Part shown: positions 1 through 12,600 of the stretch, in pieces | Numbering within the stretch: the stretch's first letter is position 1 | Layout of the letters: every line of letters begins with the position of its first letter | Assembly: GCA_950097015.1 (NCBI GenBank) | Contig: CATNEN010000024.1 | Span: 4,402,001 to 4,466,000 of the forward strand | Reading direction: 5' to 3' | Source of the DNA: Macrostomum hystrix | Taxonomy: Eukaryota; Animalia; Platyhelminthes | DNA: 64,000 bases | Position numbers and translations under genes: made by a program | Notes under the pieces: generated by a model | Databases searched by the model: none | Seen by the model: the letters and a program-made list of their open reading frames with translations, nothing else | Told to the model about the DNA's origin: nothing

Positions 1-958
1 TCACACACCTTTCTCACCTCATCCTCTAATCACACACCTTTCTCACCTCACCCTCTAATCACACACCTTTCTCACCTCACCCTCTAATCACACACCTTTC
101 TCACCTCACCCTCTAATCACACACCTTTCTCACCTCACCTTCATCACACATCTTTCTCACCTCACCCTCTAATCACACACCTTTCTTACCTCACCCTCTT
201 ATCACACACCTTTCTCGCCTCACCCTCTAATCAGACACCTTTCTCACTTCACCCTCTAATCACACACCTTTCTCGCCTCACCCTCTAATAACACACCTTT
301 CTCACCTCACCTTCATCACACATCTTTCTCACCTCACCCTCTAATCACACAACTTTCTCGCCTCATCCTCTAGTCACACACCTTTCTCACCTCACCCTCT
401 AATCACACACCTTTCTCACCTCACCCTCTAATCACACACCTTTCTCGCCTCACCCTCTAATAACACACCTTTCTCGCCTCATCCTCTAATCACACACCTT
501 TCTCGCCTCATCCTCTAATCACACACCCTTCTCACTTCACCCTCTAATCACACACCTTTCTCGCCTCACCCTCTAATAACACACCTTTCTCACCTCACCT
601 TCATCACACACCTTTCTCACCTCACCCTCTAATAACACACCTTTCTCACCTCACCCTCCCCACCCCCCTTCTTACCTCATCCTCTAATCACACACCTTTC
701 TCACCTCACCCTCTAATAACACACCTTTCTCACCTCACCCTCCCCACCCCCCTTCTTACCTCATCCTCTAATCACACACCTTTCTCGCCTCATCCTCTAA
801 TCACACACCTTTCTCGCCTCATCCTCTAATCACACACCTTTCTCGCCTCATCCTCTAATCACACACCTTTCTCGCCTCATCCTCTAATCACACACCTTTC
901 TCACCTCACCCTCTAATCACACACCTTTCTCGCCTCACCCTCTAATAACACACCTTTC
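1..958. repeat. Minisatellite, ~29-bp unit (TCACACACCTTTCTCACCTCACCCTCTAA), intronic to the DYRK gene
   Basis: Tandem copies visible from window start to ~958. Confidence 0.95.
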
Positions 959-1075
959 CCACTCCACTATCTACCGAGCAATCAGTCCTTTCTGAGCTTA
1001 TAATTTGATTGCATTGCTATCTTGTCTCTCATCACCCTAATCCCAATGAAAATCCCAATCTAATCCGCACTGCAG

Positions 1076-2879
1076 GCACCCCGCTGTTTCCAGGCGAGAA
1101 TGAGCATGAGCAGCTGGCCTGCATCATGGAGGTGCGCGGCCTCCCGCCTAAGAGCCTACTGGATCGCGCAACCAGATTAAAAGTGTTCTTCAGTGAGTCT
1201 TCTTCCTTTACAACCTGTCAAGACAGGTGATAACAAAAGAATTGGCCCACTTTGATGCCCGTGTCAGGTTAACAAAACAGCTAACCGGCTAACAATGGGA
1301 TAATACCTCAGAGGGGATTCCAGATGTCGCGTTTGAAACCAAATGCCAAGGCTAGGGCGTAAAACTATCTCAAACCTTCCATGCTTGACATGAACTTCCA
1401 TGACCTTCCACGCTGACACGCTTTACTGTATGCAGGACCCCCAGTGTCCACCTGACAATGCATCAGCGCCTACCATTTAGCCTAGCCTAGTTTTAACTTT
1501 TAGCCTAGTCATTAGAGCGTCAGGGGTTCGATTCCTGGCTAGTTTGGAACTACTTGTGTCCATCAGCAAGAAACATTATTTTGCATTGCTTCAACTAACC
1601 CAGCTGTTAAATGGGTAACAGCATTAGCTGGGGTAATTGAGGGTGGGTGTGGCGTCCCCCCAGTCCATGGACTGAACAGCCGTACGCAGCCTTTCAGATG
1701 CGCCGCGCAATAGCTGCGGCTGTGCTGTCCACTGCACATCTGATCCAATTGTGGCATGTGTAATCAATTATTAAAGTTTGTACTCATTGATTAATAACGA
1801 GTTAATTAATAATCCCATTCTTCCCTTCCCTGCCCACCCCATTGCAAAGACTCCAGCGGTCACCCGAAGAACCTCAGCAACAGCAAGGGCAAGACTCGCT
1901 TCCCGAACTCGCGCAGTCTTCAGTCGGCAATAAAGACTGAGGACAAAGACTTCCTAGACTTTGTGTCTCGCTGTATCGAGTAAGTGATCAACATATAAAA
2001 TACTCACATTGAAGGCAATCAATTAAAATTTTCCGCAACTGACCCGACAAACGCCAGATGGGAACCAGGAAACCGACTGACCTCACAACAGGCCTCAGAA
2101 CATCCTTGGCTGAAGGAGACAAAAACTAGACAGACGAGTGTTGCTGAGTCGCAAGGTAACTTTTGGAATGATCAGTAATATCTGCCTATATATTAAAAAA
2201 GAAATAAAAATAATTGCAGGAGGGCTGTGGTCACTATCACATCATTTGGTGACACTAGACCCACAGCCAGCGAGGAGGCAATTCTGCCCATTCCACTGAC
2301 TCCTGAGCACACACGCACACAGATACTGTACGCAGGCATACACTCACACAGGTGTGGCAGTGTACACCTGGCCTGACTTTCTCAACGTAAGGCAGAGTAC
2401 ACTCAATGGTGTAAATTAATTTACACGACAAGCCTCTAAGTCTTCTCTCTGCGGCTGCGCCCCTAGCAAACGAGGCCTCGCGGTGAAATCGAGCTCAGGT
2501 ACCTTGGTGCGAGAAGCCAACGCGTTCGACCGCTCTGCCACTAACCCTTGTCATCTTACTCGTACTACTCGAGTTGTAAAGTCTAGTAGTAGTAGTCGCA
2601 TTTTTAGCAATTCTACTATTACTTGTCGTAGTTAAGTTATGCGGTCGAGCGGCGGAGTGGAAACCACTCTCGCACTGAGGTCGCCGAGCTCAAATTCGCG
2701 GCGAGGCCGAAGACGAAGGCGCGGAGAGGAGGCGTGGAGTCTTGCCCATCAATGTTGAAAACCTGGGCGAGCTAATGGAAATTTCCACTTTTACTTCAGA
2801 TGGAACTCAATGTCAGCCGCAGCCAGCAGATCCACAGGCGAGCGAGCAGCTTTCGGTGCAGCTTCCAAGAATCGGCTAA
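1076..2879 (+). CDS. DYRK4: Class-2 DYRK kinase (DYRK4-like), 3' exons only
   Basis: Exons 1076-1192, 1850-1979 and 2058-2155 join in phase via GT-AG to give [25 protein letters not shown]...[26 protein letters not shown]...[28 protein letters not shown], matching DYRK2/3/4 kinase subdomains IX-XI. Probable last exon 2800-2879 (..QLPRIG*) is less certain. The paralog assignment is a judgement. Confidence 0.88.
1500..1772 (+). mobile_element. tRNA-derived SINE family A copy (degenerate head)
   Basis: TAGCCTAG..GGTTCGATTCC A/B boxes, shared core CACCCAGCTG..AATGGGTA and CAGTCCATGGACTG; similar copies at 8491, 13788, 34050 and 46170. Confidence 0.8.
2226..2545 (-). mobile_element. tRNA-derived SINE family B copy
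   Basis: Co-linear with 32660-32980 (ATCATTTGGTGACACTAGACCC..GCCAGCGAGGAGGCAATTCTGCC); minus strand begins with a tRNA-like head; fragments at ~15120-15185 and ~47425-47490. Confidence 0.75.
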
Positions 2880-3229
2880 AAGAAATCTCAGCAAAATAAA
2901 GTCGATTGCTTTAGAAATTGATCCAGTCGCGATATTTTTAACTGATAAAAAATTAGACAGCAAAGCACGCAGTTAGACTTAATGCCTAAATTGTATTACC
3001 TAATCTTATATTATGTACTCGCGCAGTATAAGTATAACATGTACTAATAAATGATGTATTCAACTTTTATGTTGTAGCAGCCACTTTCGATTCTTAGAAT
3101 CTTGAAGTAGCATTGAGCCATGTTGGTGGCACTAAGTTTTGGTCCGACAGCAAAATTTGACAGGTCGACTGTTAGACTGCGAAAGCCAAGCTGTTAGACA
3201 GCGATGGCCAATCTGTTAGACAGCTAATC

Positions 3230-3808
3230 CCAACCTGTTAGAAACGAAATTCCAACCTGTTAGGCAGGTAATATCAACCTGTTAGACTGGGAATCCCAAC
3301 CTGTTAGACAGGGAATCCCAACCTTTTAGACTGGGAATCCCAACCATACAGGGAATCCCAACCTGTTAGACAGGGAATCCCAACCTGTAAGGCAGGGAAT
3401 CCCAACCTGTTAGACAGGGAATCCCAACCATACAAGGAATCCCAACCTTTAAAGACTGGGAATCCCAACCATACAGGGAATCCCAACCTGTTAGACAGGG
3501 AATCCCAACCTGTAAGGCAGGGAATCCCAACCTGTTAGACAGGGAATCCCAACCATACAAGGAATCCCAACCTGTTAGACTGGGAATCCCAACCTGTAAG
3601 GCAGGGAATCCCAACCTGTTATACAGGGAATCCCAACCTGTTAGACTGGGAATCCCAACCTGCAAGGCAGGGAATCCCAACCTATTAGACAGGGAATCCC
3701 AACCTATTAGACAGGGAATCCCAACCTATTAGACAGGGAATCCCAACCTATTAGACAGGGAATCCCAACCTATTAGACAGGGAATCCCAACCTATTAGAC
3801 AGGGAATC
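3230..3808. repeat. Minisatellite, 22-bp unit (GGGAATCCCAACCTGTTAGACA)
   Basis: Tandem copies with short deletion variants. Confidence 0.95.
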
Positions 3809-4274
3809 ATTTATTAGAAATTAGAAACTGCAGTTTCCCAGTCATACTGATTGTTAGAGCGTCTTCGTGTCCAGACACCTGGCTCATCCTATTGTTTTCA
3901 TGTAACTTGCCTTTTTCAGACGACGTGCCCTAAGTGGCATGAGACACTCACCAGTCACACAAATATCAGCCGTAGAACAATCATTATTTTATTGCTTCAT
4001 TGCTGTTCAGAAAACACTTTAAACTTTTTAATTTAACACCCGCTTTTTAACCGCGGTATACTAATTCCGCAGTCACGCAACCTATTTGAATTGCTCAAAT
4101 TTGGCTCCCATCAATTTCGGAAGTGTTTCACATCCGATCCTCAAGGAGACCAATTGTGTACAGTTTCAATTTAACTTTGCTACCTGTTGTCTGCTATCGA
4201 GTTGCTTGCGATTAATAAATTGCTTTTTGCAAGAATTAAACAGAAACAGTTAATTGTTAAACCTGAATTAATTG

Positions 4275-5132
4275 TGCGGGGTGGCTGTGAGGGGATACAG
4301 GTGTGGGGTGGCTGTGAGTGAATACAGGTGTGGGGTGGCTGTGAGGGGATACAGGTGCGGGGTGGCTGTGAGGGGATACAGGTGCGGTGTGGCTGTGAGG
4401 GGATACAGGTGTGGGGTGGCTGTGAGTGAATACAGGTGTGGGGTGGCTGTGAGTGAATACAGGTGTGGGGTGGCTGTGAGTGAATACAGGTGTGGGGTGG
4501 CTGTGAGGGGATACAGGTGTGGGGTGGCTGTGAGTGAATACAGGTGTGGGGTGGCTGTGAGGGGATACAGGTGTGGGGTGGCTGTGAGGGGATACAGGTG
4601 TGGGGTGGCTGTGAGGGGATACAGGTGCGGGGTGGCTGTGAGTGAATACAGGTGTGGGGTGGCTGTGAGGGGATACAGGTGTGGGGTGGCTGTGAGTGAA
4701 TACAGGTGCGGGGTGGCTGTGAGTGAATACAGGTGCGGGGTGGCTGTGAGGGGATACAGTTGCGGGGTGGCTGTGAGGGGATACAGGTGTGGGGTGGCTG
4801 TGAGTGAATACAGGTGCGGGGTGGCTGTGAGGGGATACAGGTGTGGGGTGGCTGTGAGTGAATACAGGTGCGGGGTGGCTGTGAGGGGATACAGGTGTGG
4901 GGTGGCTGTGAGTGAATACAGGTGCGGGGTGGCTGTGAGTGAATACAGGTGCGGGGTGGCTGTGAGGGGATACAGGTGCGGGGTGGCTGTGAGGGGATAC
5001 AGGTGCGGTGTGGCTGTGAGGGGATACAGGTGTGGGGTGGCTGTGAGTGAATACAGGTGCGGGGTGGCTGTGAGTGAATACAGGTGCGGGGTGGCTGTGA
5101 GGGGATACAGGTGTGGGGGGGTGGCTGTGAGT
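4275..5132. repeat. Minisatellite, 27-bp unit (GTGGGGTGGCTGTGAGGGGATACAGGT)
   Basis: Tandem copies; explains spurious ORFs 4257-5204 and 4272-5147. Confidence 0.95.
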
Positions 5133-6683
5133 GGACGCAGGAAGTAGAAGTGCAGAAAGGCTAAGTTTCAAATTAGTTAAACCTTTGCGTACTTGCGTTG
5201 CCAACGCAGCTTTTGGCTGATCGAAGGCAATGTAAATATTGCTTATATAATATATATTTCACTAAGACTTTATTGGTAGCACAGGTTAGGCATTAGTAAG
5301 TTATATAAAAAAAGCATCTTGTGATTTCAATGGCCATATAAAAAGCTAGCGAATATAGATAAGCAACCTAGCAAAGCTCGCACAATATGCTCAGCAACAT
5401 CAGTAATCGAGAGGCGATTGGAAAATAATGTTGGTGAATTTAGGTCGGCCTGAAAGGAATTTCGACAATAAATACGAGCTACGACAACTACAGTCAGACT
5501 CTTCACGGATGGGATTTTAAGTTCGAAGCAAACCTATTAAATTGTGTGAGACAATACACATTGTTGTAATTGCGAGAGTATATGCAGATAATACAGCCAC
5601 CACTTGGCATTGGGACACTTTGATGATTTAGAAGCCTATTTACTTTAGTGCTTAAAGTCAATTAGTAGAATCTATCATTTGGACAAATCAGAACAGGACC
5701 TGGTGTTAGGGGTGTGAGAGAAATTTATAGCTTCCACATGTCAGCCAATAGGAAAAAAATCATGGGTTTTGCGTGCGCTAACTTTCAATTTCCGATAAGA
5801 ACAAGATTTGGGACTGTGTGTGCTATTTTTAGCTTCCTTGGAAAAATCTTGGGTTTTAGGTTCCCGACTTTCAGATTGGGTTGTGCTATTTTTAGCTTCC
5901 TCGTGTCGACCAATAAGAATAAGATTTAGGGGGTGTTATTTTTAGCCAGAACTGGAGAATGAATCAGTATATGTACGATGCAGCCATATTTTTGGTATAA
6001 AAATGTCCTAGTTGCGCATTTTATGAAGCAATAGACTGAGACAGCCAAACAAGCTGTAAAAGCAAAGAAATAAAATCCCAAATCCATAGCAATTTTCGCA
6101 CAGAACATACATCCAGGGAAGTTTAACATTAGTTGGTATTTCTTTACAAAATATCTAATATGCACAAGATACCTATAGTTAGTAGCTGTCGGAAATGCTT
6201 CCTCCAGAACTCCTTCTCGTCGTTTCCTTCGACTCTCCTCTTTTCTCTCTTGCTCACCAACTAGTTAATCAGTACGTTTCACTGCACTTTAATTGTTTCG
6301 CTTTCTATCGTCCTTTTAGCCCATAGACTACGCATCCTGCCCGCCCCTTGTTACTCAATCGTTGTCTATGTTTCTAATTCCTTTCTCGGTACAGTTCCCC
6401 TTTAGTTGCTTCTAGTGCGCACTAAGCCCACAAGAGCTTCGAACCAAATACTTTCAATATACAAGTCAAATACAAGCAAAGAAGTTTTGTCCCAAGCGAC
6501 AGTAGCATAGCAAGGGTTTGAACTCCGCTTTCCCAGCACTCTCTTGTGCGAGTCAACAAGAAAATGAATAATGTAAAAAAGCAGTAAAAAGTTAACAGAG
6601 CAGTAACACATCGGACACGGTAAAGTGTTGATAGCGCCGAAAAAAAACGAAGTCCTACAGTTCTTCCCCACCTCAACTCATGG

Positions 6684-9600
6684 CTAGGCTTTTGCAGTCA
6701 GCGGAATTGACGCACCCGCCTGATGAGGGTCGCTCCCGCCGCCGCCATTGTGCTCGCGTCGTCTCTGAACTTCGTTGGCATCGCCGCGACAGAGCAGGAA
6801 GTCGCGCACAGTCTCCCAACGGGTCTTCTCCACAGCGAACGGTGCGAGCATGTCGATGGGATCTGGCGGCTCCACTGCTGAGAATTCCATCTCGGCTGCC
6901 TCTAAGTATTCGAATAAGTTGTCGGTTTCAAAGCCGGGAGCCTTCTTAATCCACTCCATGGAGGGCTCGGAGAGGCCCTCGGGAAACGTGATGGCCTGGC
7001 CCTCGGCGCAGCGCGATGAGATCTGCGGTGTGGGGCGACAACAGCGGTGTCACAGAACAACCTGGCACGACGCTACGAAGGATTTGGGGTGACGCCACGA
7101 AGGATTTGGGGGGACGCCACGATGGATTTGGGGGATGTCGCATTGGATTTGGGGGATGCCACGATGGATTTGGGGCCGCCAAGATGAATTTGGGGACGAC
7201 ACGAAGGATTTGGGAGAGGCCACGGTTTATTTGGGGATGGTACGATGGATTTGGGGGGCGCCAAGATGGATTTGGGGGCTAAGATGGATTTTGGGGCTAA
7301 GATGGATTTTGGGGCTAAGATGGATTTTGGGGCTAAGATGTATTTTGGGGCTAAGATGGATTTGGGGACGCCACGATGGATTTGGGTTGACGCCACGATG
7401 GATTTGGGGACGCCACGATGGATTTGGAAGATGTCACGATGGATTTAGGGTGACGCCACGATGGATTTGGGGATGCCACGATGGATTTGTGGACGCCAAG
7501 ATAGATTTGGGGGACGCCACGATGGATTTGTAGGACGCCAGTATGGATTTGTGGGATGTCGCGATGGATTTGGGGTGACGCCACGATGGATTTGGGGACG
7601 CCACGATGGATTTGGGGGACGCCAAGATGGATTTGTAGGACGCCACTATGGATTTGGGGGGGCGCCAAGACGGATTTGGGGGCGCCAAGATGGATGCGGG
7701 GACGCCACGATGGATCTGGGGACGCCACGATGGATTTGGGGGACGCCAAGATGGATTTGTAGGACGCCACTATGGATTTGGGGGGGCGCCAAGACGGATT
7801 TGGGGGCGCCAAGATGGATGCGGGGACGCCACGATGGATCTGGGGACGCCACGATGGATTTGGGGGACGCCAAGATGGATTTGTAGGACGCCACTATGGA
7901 TTTGGGGGGGCGCCAAGACGGATTTGGGGGCGCCAAGATGGATGCGGGGACGCCACGATGGATCTGGGGACGCCACGATGGATTTGGGGGACGCCACGAT
8001 GGATTTGGGACGCAACGACGGATTTGGGAGCGCTAGGCAACCGAAAAAGTCGAGGCTGAATCCATCAGACGTTGTCAACTTAAAACAAATTTAGTTCAAC
8101 TAAAGATTTGTATTTTTAATGCTTTCCGTTTTAGCTTCATTGTGCCCGAGCGATGGTCCCTTGCAATGCCAGTCAAAGCGATAAAGCGATAGAGTCCAGA
8201 GTACAGTGCTTCTTCTGTCGCTTGAAGCTTATCTTCAACGCAGCGTTATCACTGTTCTGCGAATATTTAGTCAAACTCAATCTCGAGCTTGGACTGTATT
8301 AAATTTCAGTTTATTCAAAACTATAGCTCTCCTCCAGTATAGCAGGGTCAGTACTGCTAATTGAAACTAACTTTTTTCATTGGTATTTTGACTCGTACTA
8401 GCATTCCTGCAGCACAGGTTGAACTAGCCCTGATTGACAGGCCATTTCATAGAGATAGGGATTGCTAGACCAGTGCTAGAGGCATTGTAAGAGGTTTGTA
8501 GCCTAGTGGTTAGGGCGTCGGACTCACGACTTAAAGGCCGGGGGTTCGATTCGCGACTCCACTGGAACAAGTTGTGTCCTTTGGCAAGACACTTAACTCT
8601 GCATTGCTTACCATTCACCCAGCTGTTCAATGGGTACCAACAAAAGCTGGAGTAACTGAGGGTGGGTGTGGCGTCCCCCCAGTCCATGGACTGAGCAGCC
8701 GTACGCAGCCTTGAAATGCGCCGCGCAATAGCTGACCAAAGTGTGGCAGGTGTAATCAATTATTTCTATTATTAGACCAGTGCTAGAGCGATTGCTAGAC
8801 CAGTGCTAGAGCGATTGCTAGACCAGTGCTAGAGGCTTTGCTAGACCAGTGCTAGAGGCTTTGCTAGACCAGTGCTAGAGCGATTGCTAGACCAGTGCTA
8901 GAGGCTTTGCTAGACCAGTGCTAGAGCGATTGCTAGACCAGTGCTAGAGCGATTGCTAGACCAGTGCTAGAGGCTTTGCTAGACCAGTGCTAGAGCGATT
9001 GCTAGAACAGTGCTAGAGGCATTGCTAGACCAGTGCTAGAGCGATTGCTAGAACAGTGCTAGAGGCTTTGCTAGACCAGTGCTAGAGGCTTTGCTAGAAC
9101 AGTGCTAGAGCGATTGCTAGACCACTGCTAGAGGCTTTGCTAGACCACTGCTAGAGGCATTGCTAGAGGCATTGCTAGAGGCATTGCTAGAAGCATTGCT
9201 AGACCACTGCTAGAGGCATTGCTAGAGGCATTGCTAGAAGCATTGCTAGACCAGTGCTAGAAGCATTGCTAGACCAGTGCTAGAGGCATTGCTAGACCAG
9301 TGCTAGAGGCATTGCTAGACCAGTGCTAGAGGCATTGCTAGACTATTGCTAGAGGCATTGCTAGAGGCATTGCTAGACCACTGCTAGAGGCATTGCTAGA
9401 GGCATTGCTAGACCATGTGCAGGAATGTAGGGGGGCTGCTAAACAGATTTCTTTTTCTCCTGTCTTCCACCCCGGCACAACGAACCTCGAGATTGTAGTC
9501 CAGGATTTCAGACGTGTGAAAATCCTCGTCGTCATCGCCAAACGGGTTCATGACGCACATGGCCACTTTTAGCCAGCCCATTAGGAATAGAAACTGAAAT

Positions 9601-12600
9601 GACAGAGTGACGTCATAGTCTATGGCACAACTATCGAACAAGCAGTAAGTAAATTACTAGTTTACCTGGAAGACGGTGAACACAGGAAAGAACATGTCGA
9701 TGACTTCGCCATGGTTGTCCTTGTTGCCAATAGAGATTGGCGACACGGTCACGTTTCTTTCTGCGCTGAGTTGCTGGGCTGTCCATTTAGGATTGACAAA
9801 CTGCTGGCTGAACAACTGCAGCAGGAAGTAGCTGTACACCGCTATGATAACTACCTGTCAGGTAGGGATTAATTAATTAATTAATTAATAGCTTTCTTCG
9901 CACATTAATTTACTGAGCGCAACCAACGTGCTGAACACACTACTTCGCTACTGAATCTGGTCATCTTTGATTGGCTAATCATTATGCAATCTGATTGGCT
10001 AGTGTTTGTGTTAATCTATGATTGGCTAAAGATTGAGTTTTATCTCTACTGATTGAGTTAATCTCTGATTGGCTACTTGTTAAGATGATCTCTGATTGGC
10101 TACTGGTTAAGATGATCTCTGATTGGCTACTGGTTAAGATGATCTCTGATTGGCTACTGGTTAAGATGCTCTCTGATTGACTACTGGTTAAGATGATCTC
10201 TGATTGGTGTTTAAATTTGTGTAAAAATACGAAACTTCAAGCCGAGACCCACCTGAGTGTACACGAGCGGTATCATGACGTCATTATAGATGATGAGAGT
10301 CTGCATGGTGCCGCGCACCTCCTCGATCTCCTCAATCAGCATGACCATGGAGCGCGGGTCACAGAAGCCGTGCATCATGGCCTTCTTGCACAGCAGCGCC
10401 GCCCACTGCAGCGGCAGCCAGAAGTCGGGCACGTACTTCTTCTGGTACTTGTTCTTGTACTCGCCCTCGGCACGGACAAACGCTTCGATCTCAGCCTCGG
10501 TGACCAGCTTGCGAAAGTGCAGCTTCACCCGGGGACACTTGTTGATGCTCTCCAGGAGGCCGCGAACTCCTTTCTCGTCTTGCACCTGTGGTTGGGAAGG
10601 TTTTGGTTAAGCTGGCTGTGAGCTAATCCCATCCCAGATAGCAAATTGTGTTAAGGCTAAAGCAAACAAAAGCTTTTAATTCTGTTGCAGCTACTACAGT
10701 TTACATTCGTTAGGATTCTTGTTATGTTTTTTTTAAATTACACAAAAAATGGTTACAGAATTATGTAAGCATAAATGTTAATTACGTTGGGAACAAGTTA
10801 GACTGTGAATAATTAGCTATGGGTGAGTTTCAATATGAAATATTTAATTATTCATTAGATTGTAGATGACCTTCTTCGGGTTGGACCTCAACTCGGCGGA
10901 GAGCTGGTTCATGCCCCGCAGCCTCTCGTACAGGTAGACCAGGCGACTCCGCAAATCCTTCTGCGTAGACCAATTTGGCATGGTTACAGCATAGCAACAG
11001 CATGGCAACAGCATGGTAGCAGTATTGCAACAATATAGCAACAGCATGGCAACAGCATGGCAACAGCATGGTAGCAGTATTGCAACAATATAGCAACAGC
11101 ATGGCAACAGCATGGCAACAGCATGGCAACAGCATGGCAACAGCATGGCAACAGCATGATAACAGCATGGCAACAGCATGGCAACAGCATGGCAACAGCA
11201 TGGCAACAGCATGGCAGTAAAGTACTCAAAGCCAGACATATTTGAGAAGAACTCCTTATTAAGCGCATTCTTTTTTAATTGAATAAATCACTCTTATTAA
11301 AGGAGTGCTTCAATAAGAGTGACTTGGAATTTCTATTTTAATTTCTTCCGAATATCACAATTTTATAACTTTTTAGAACTTTAAGAATTGACAATTAATA
11401 TTTTATTTCCTTCTTATTTGTAACAAAAAGCTAATTCAGACGAAACGACTATGAATAAAAAGTCAGTCATTGAAATCCCTGTTTCAATCGCGAACGTGAC
11501 AAGCTATTCAATATTATTTTTCACGATCTCCACCTTAAAACATGTAATTAGCTCTTAAAACAATTTTTAAGTTCTACAATAGTTTTGTACAGTCAGGCCA
11601 TTAGACAAAAACGCAGGTTAAAATACTGCTAGATTATCATAATATTCATAAAGTAGTGTATAATTTTTATTGGCACAGAATGGTCGGCGACAAGGATAAA
11701 TAAATGCATGCAGGTAAATATGTTCTTCGGTACAGACAAATACAGGAAACACGATAATTCGTTGCTGTCTCTCCACCTCACTCGCCCTCCATCTGTCCAC
11801 CTCACTCTCCCTCCCTCTGTCCACCTCACTCTCCCTCCCTCTGTCCACCTCACTCTCCCTCCCTCTGTCCACCTCACTCTCCCTCCCTCTGTCCACCTCA
11901 CTCTCCCTCCCTCTGTCCACCTCACTCTCCCTCCCTCTGTCCACCTCACTCTCCCTCCCTCTGTCCACCTCACTCTCCCTCCCTCTGTCCACCTCACTCT
12001 CCCTCCCTCTGTCCACCTCACTCTCCCTCCCTCTGTCCACCTCACTCGCCCTCCCTCTGTCCACCTCACTCTCCCTCCCTCTGTCCACCTCACTCTCCCT
12101 CCCTCTGTCCACCTCACTCTCCCTCCCTCTGTCCACCTCACTCTCCCTCCCTCTGTCCACCTCACTCTCCCTCCCTCTGTCCACCTCACTCTCCCTCCCT
12201 CTGTCCACCTCACTCTCCCTCCCTCTGTCCACCTCACTCTCCCTCCCTCTGTCCACCTCACTCTCCCTCCCTCTGTCCACCTCAATCTCCCTCCTTCTGT
12301 CCACCTCACTCTCCCTCCCTCTGTCCACCTCACTCTCCCTCCCTCTGTCCACCTCACTCGCCCTCCTTCTGTCCACCTCACTCGCCCTCCCTCTGTCCAC
12401 CTCACTCTCCGTCCCACTCTCCACCTCACTCTCCCTCCCTCTGTCCACCTCACACGCCCTCCCTCTGTCCACCTCACACTCCCTCCCTCTGTCCACCTCA
12501 CTCTCCCTCCCTCTGTCCACCTCACTCGCCCTCCCTCTGTCCACCTCACTCTCCGTCCCACTCTCCACCTCACTCTCCCTCCCTCTGTCCACCTCACTCT

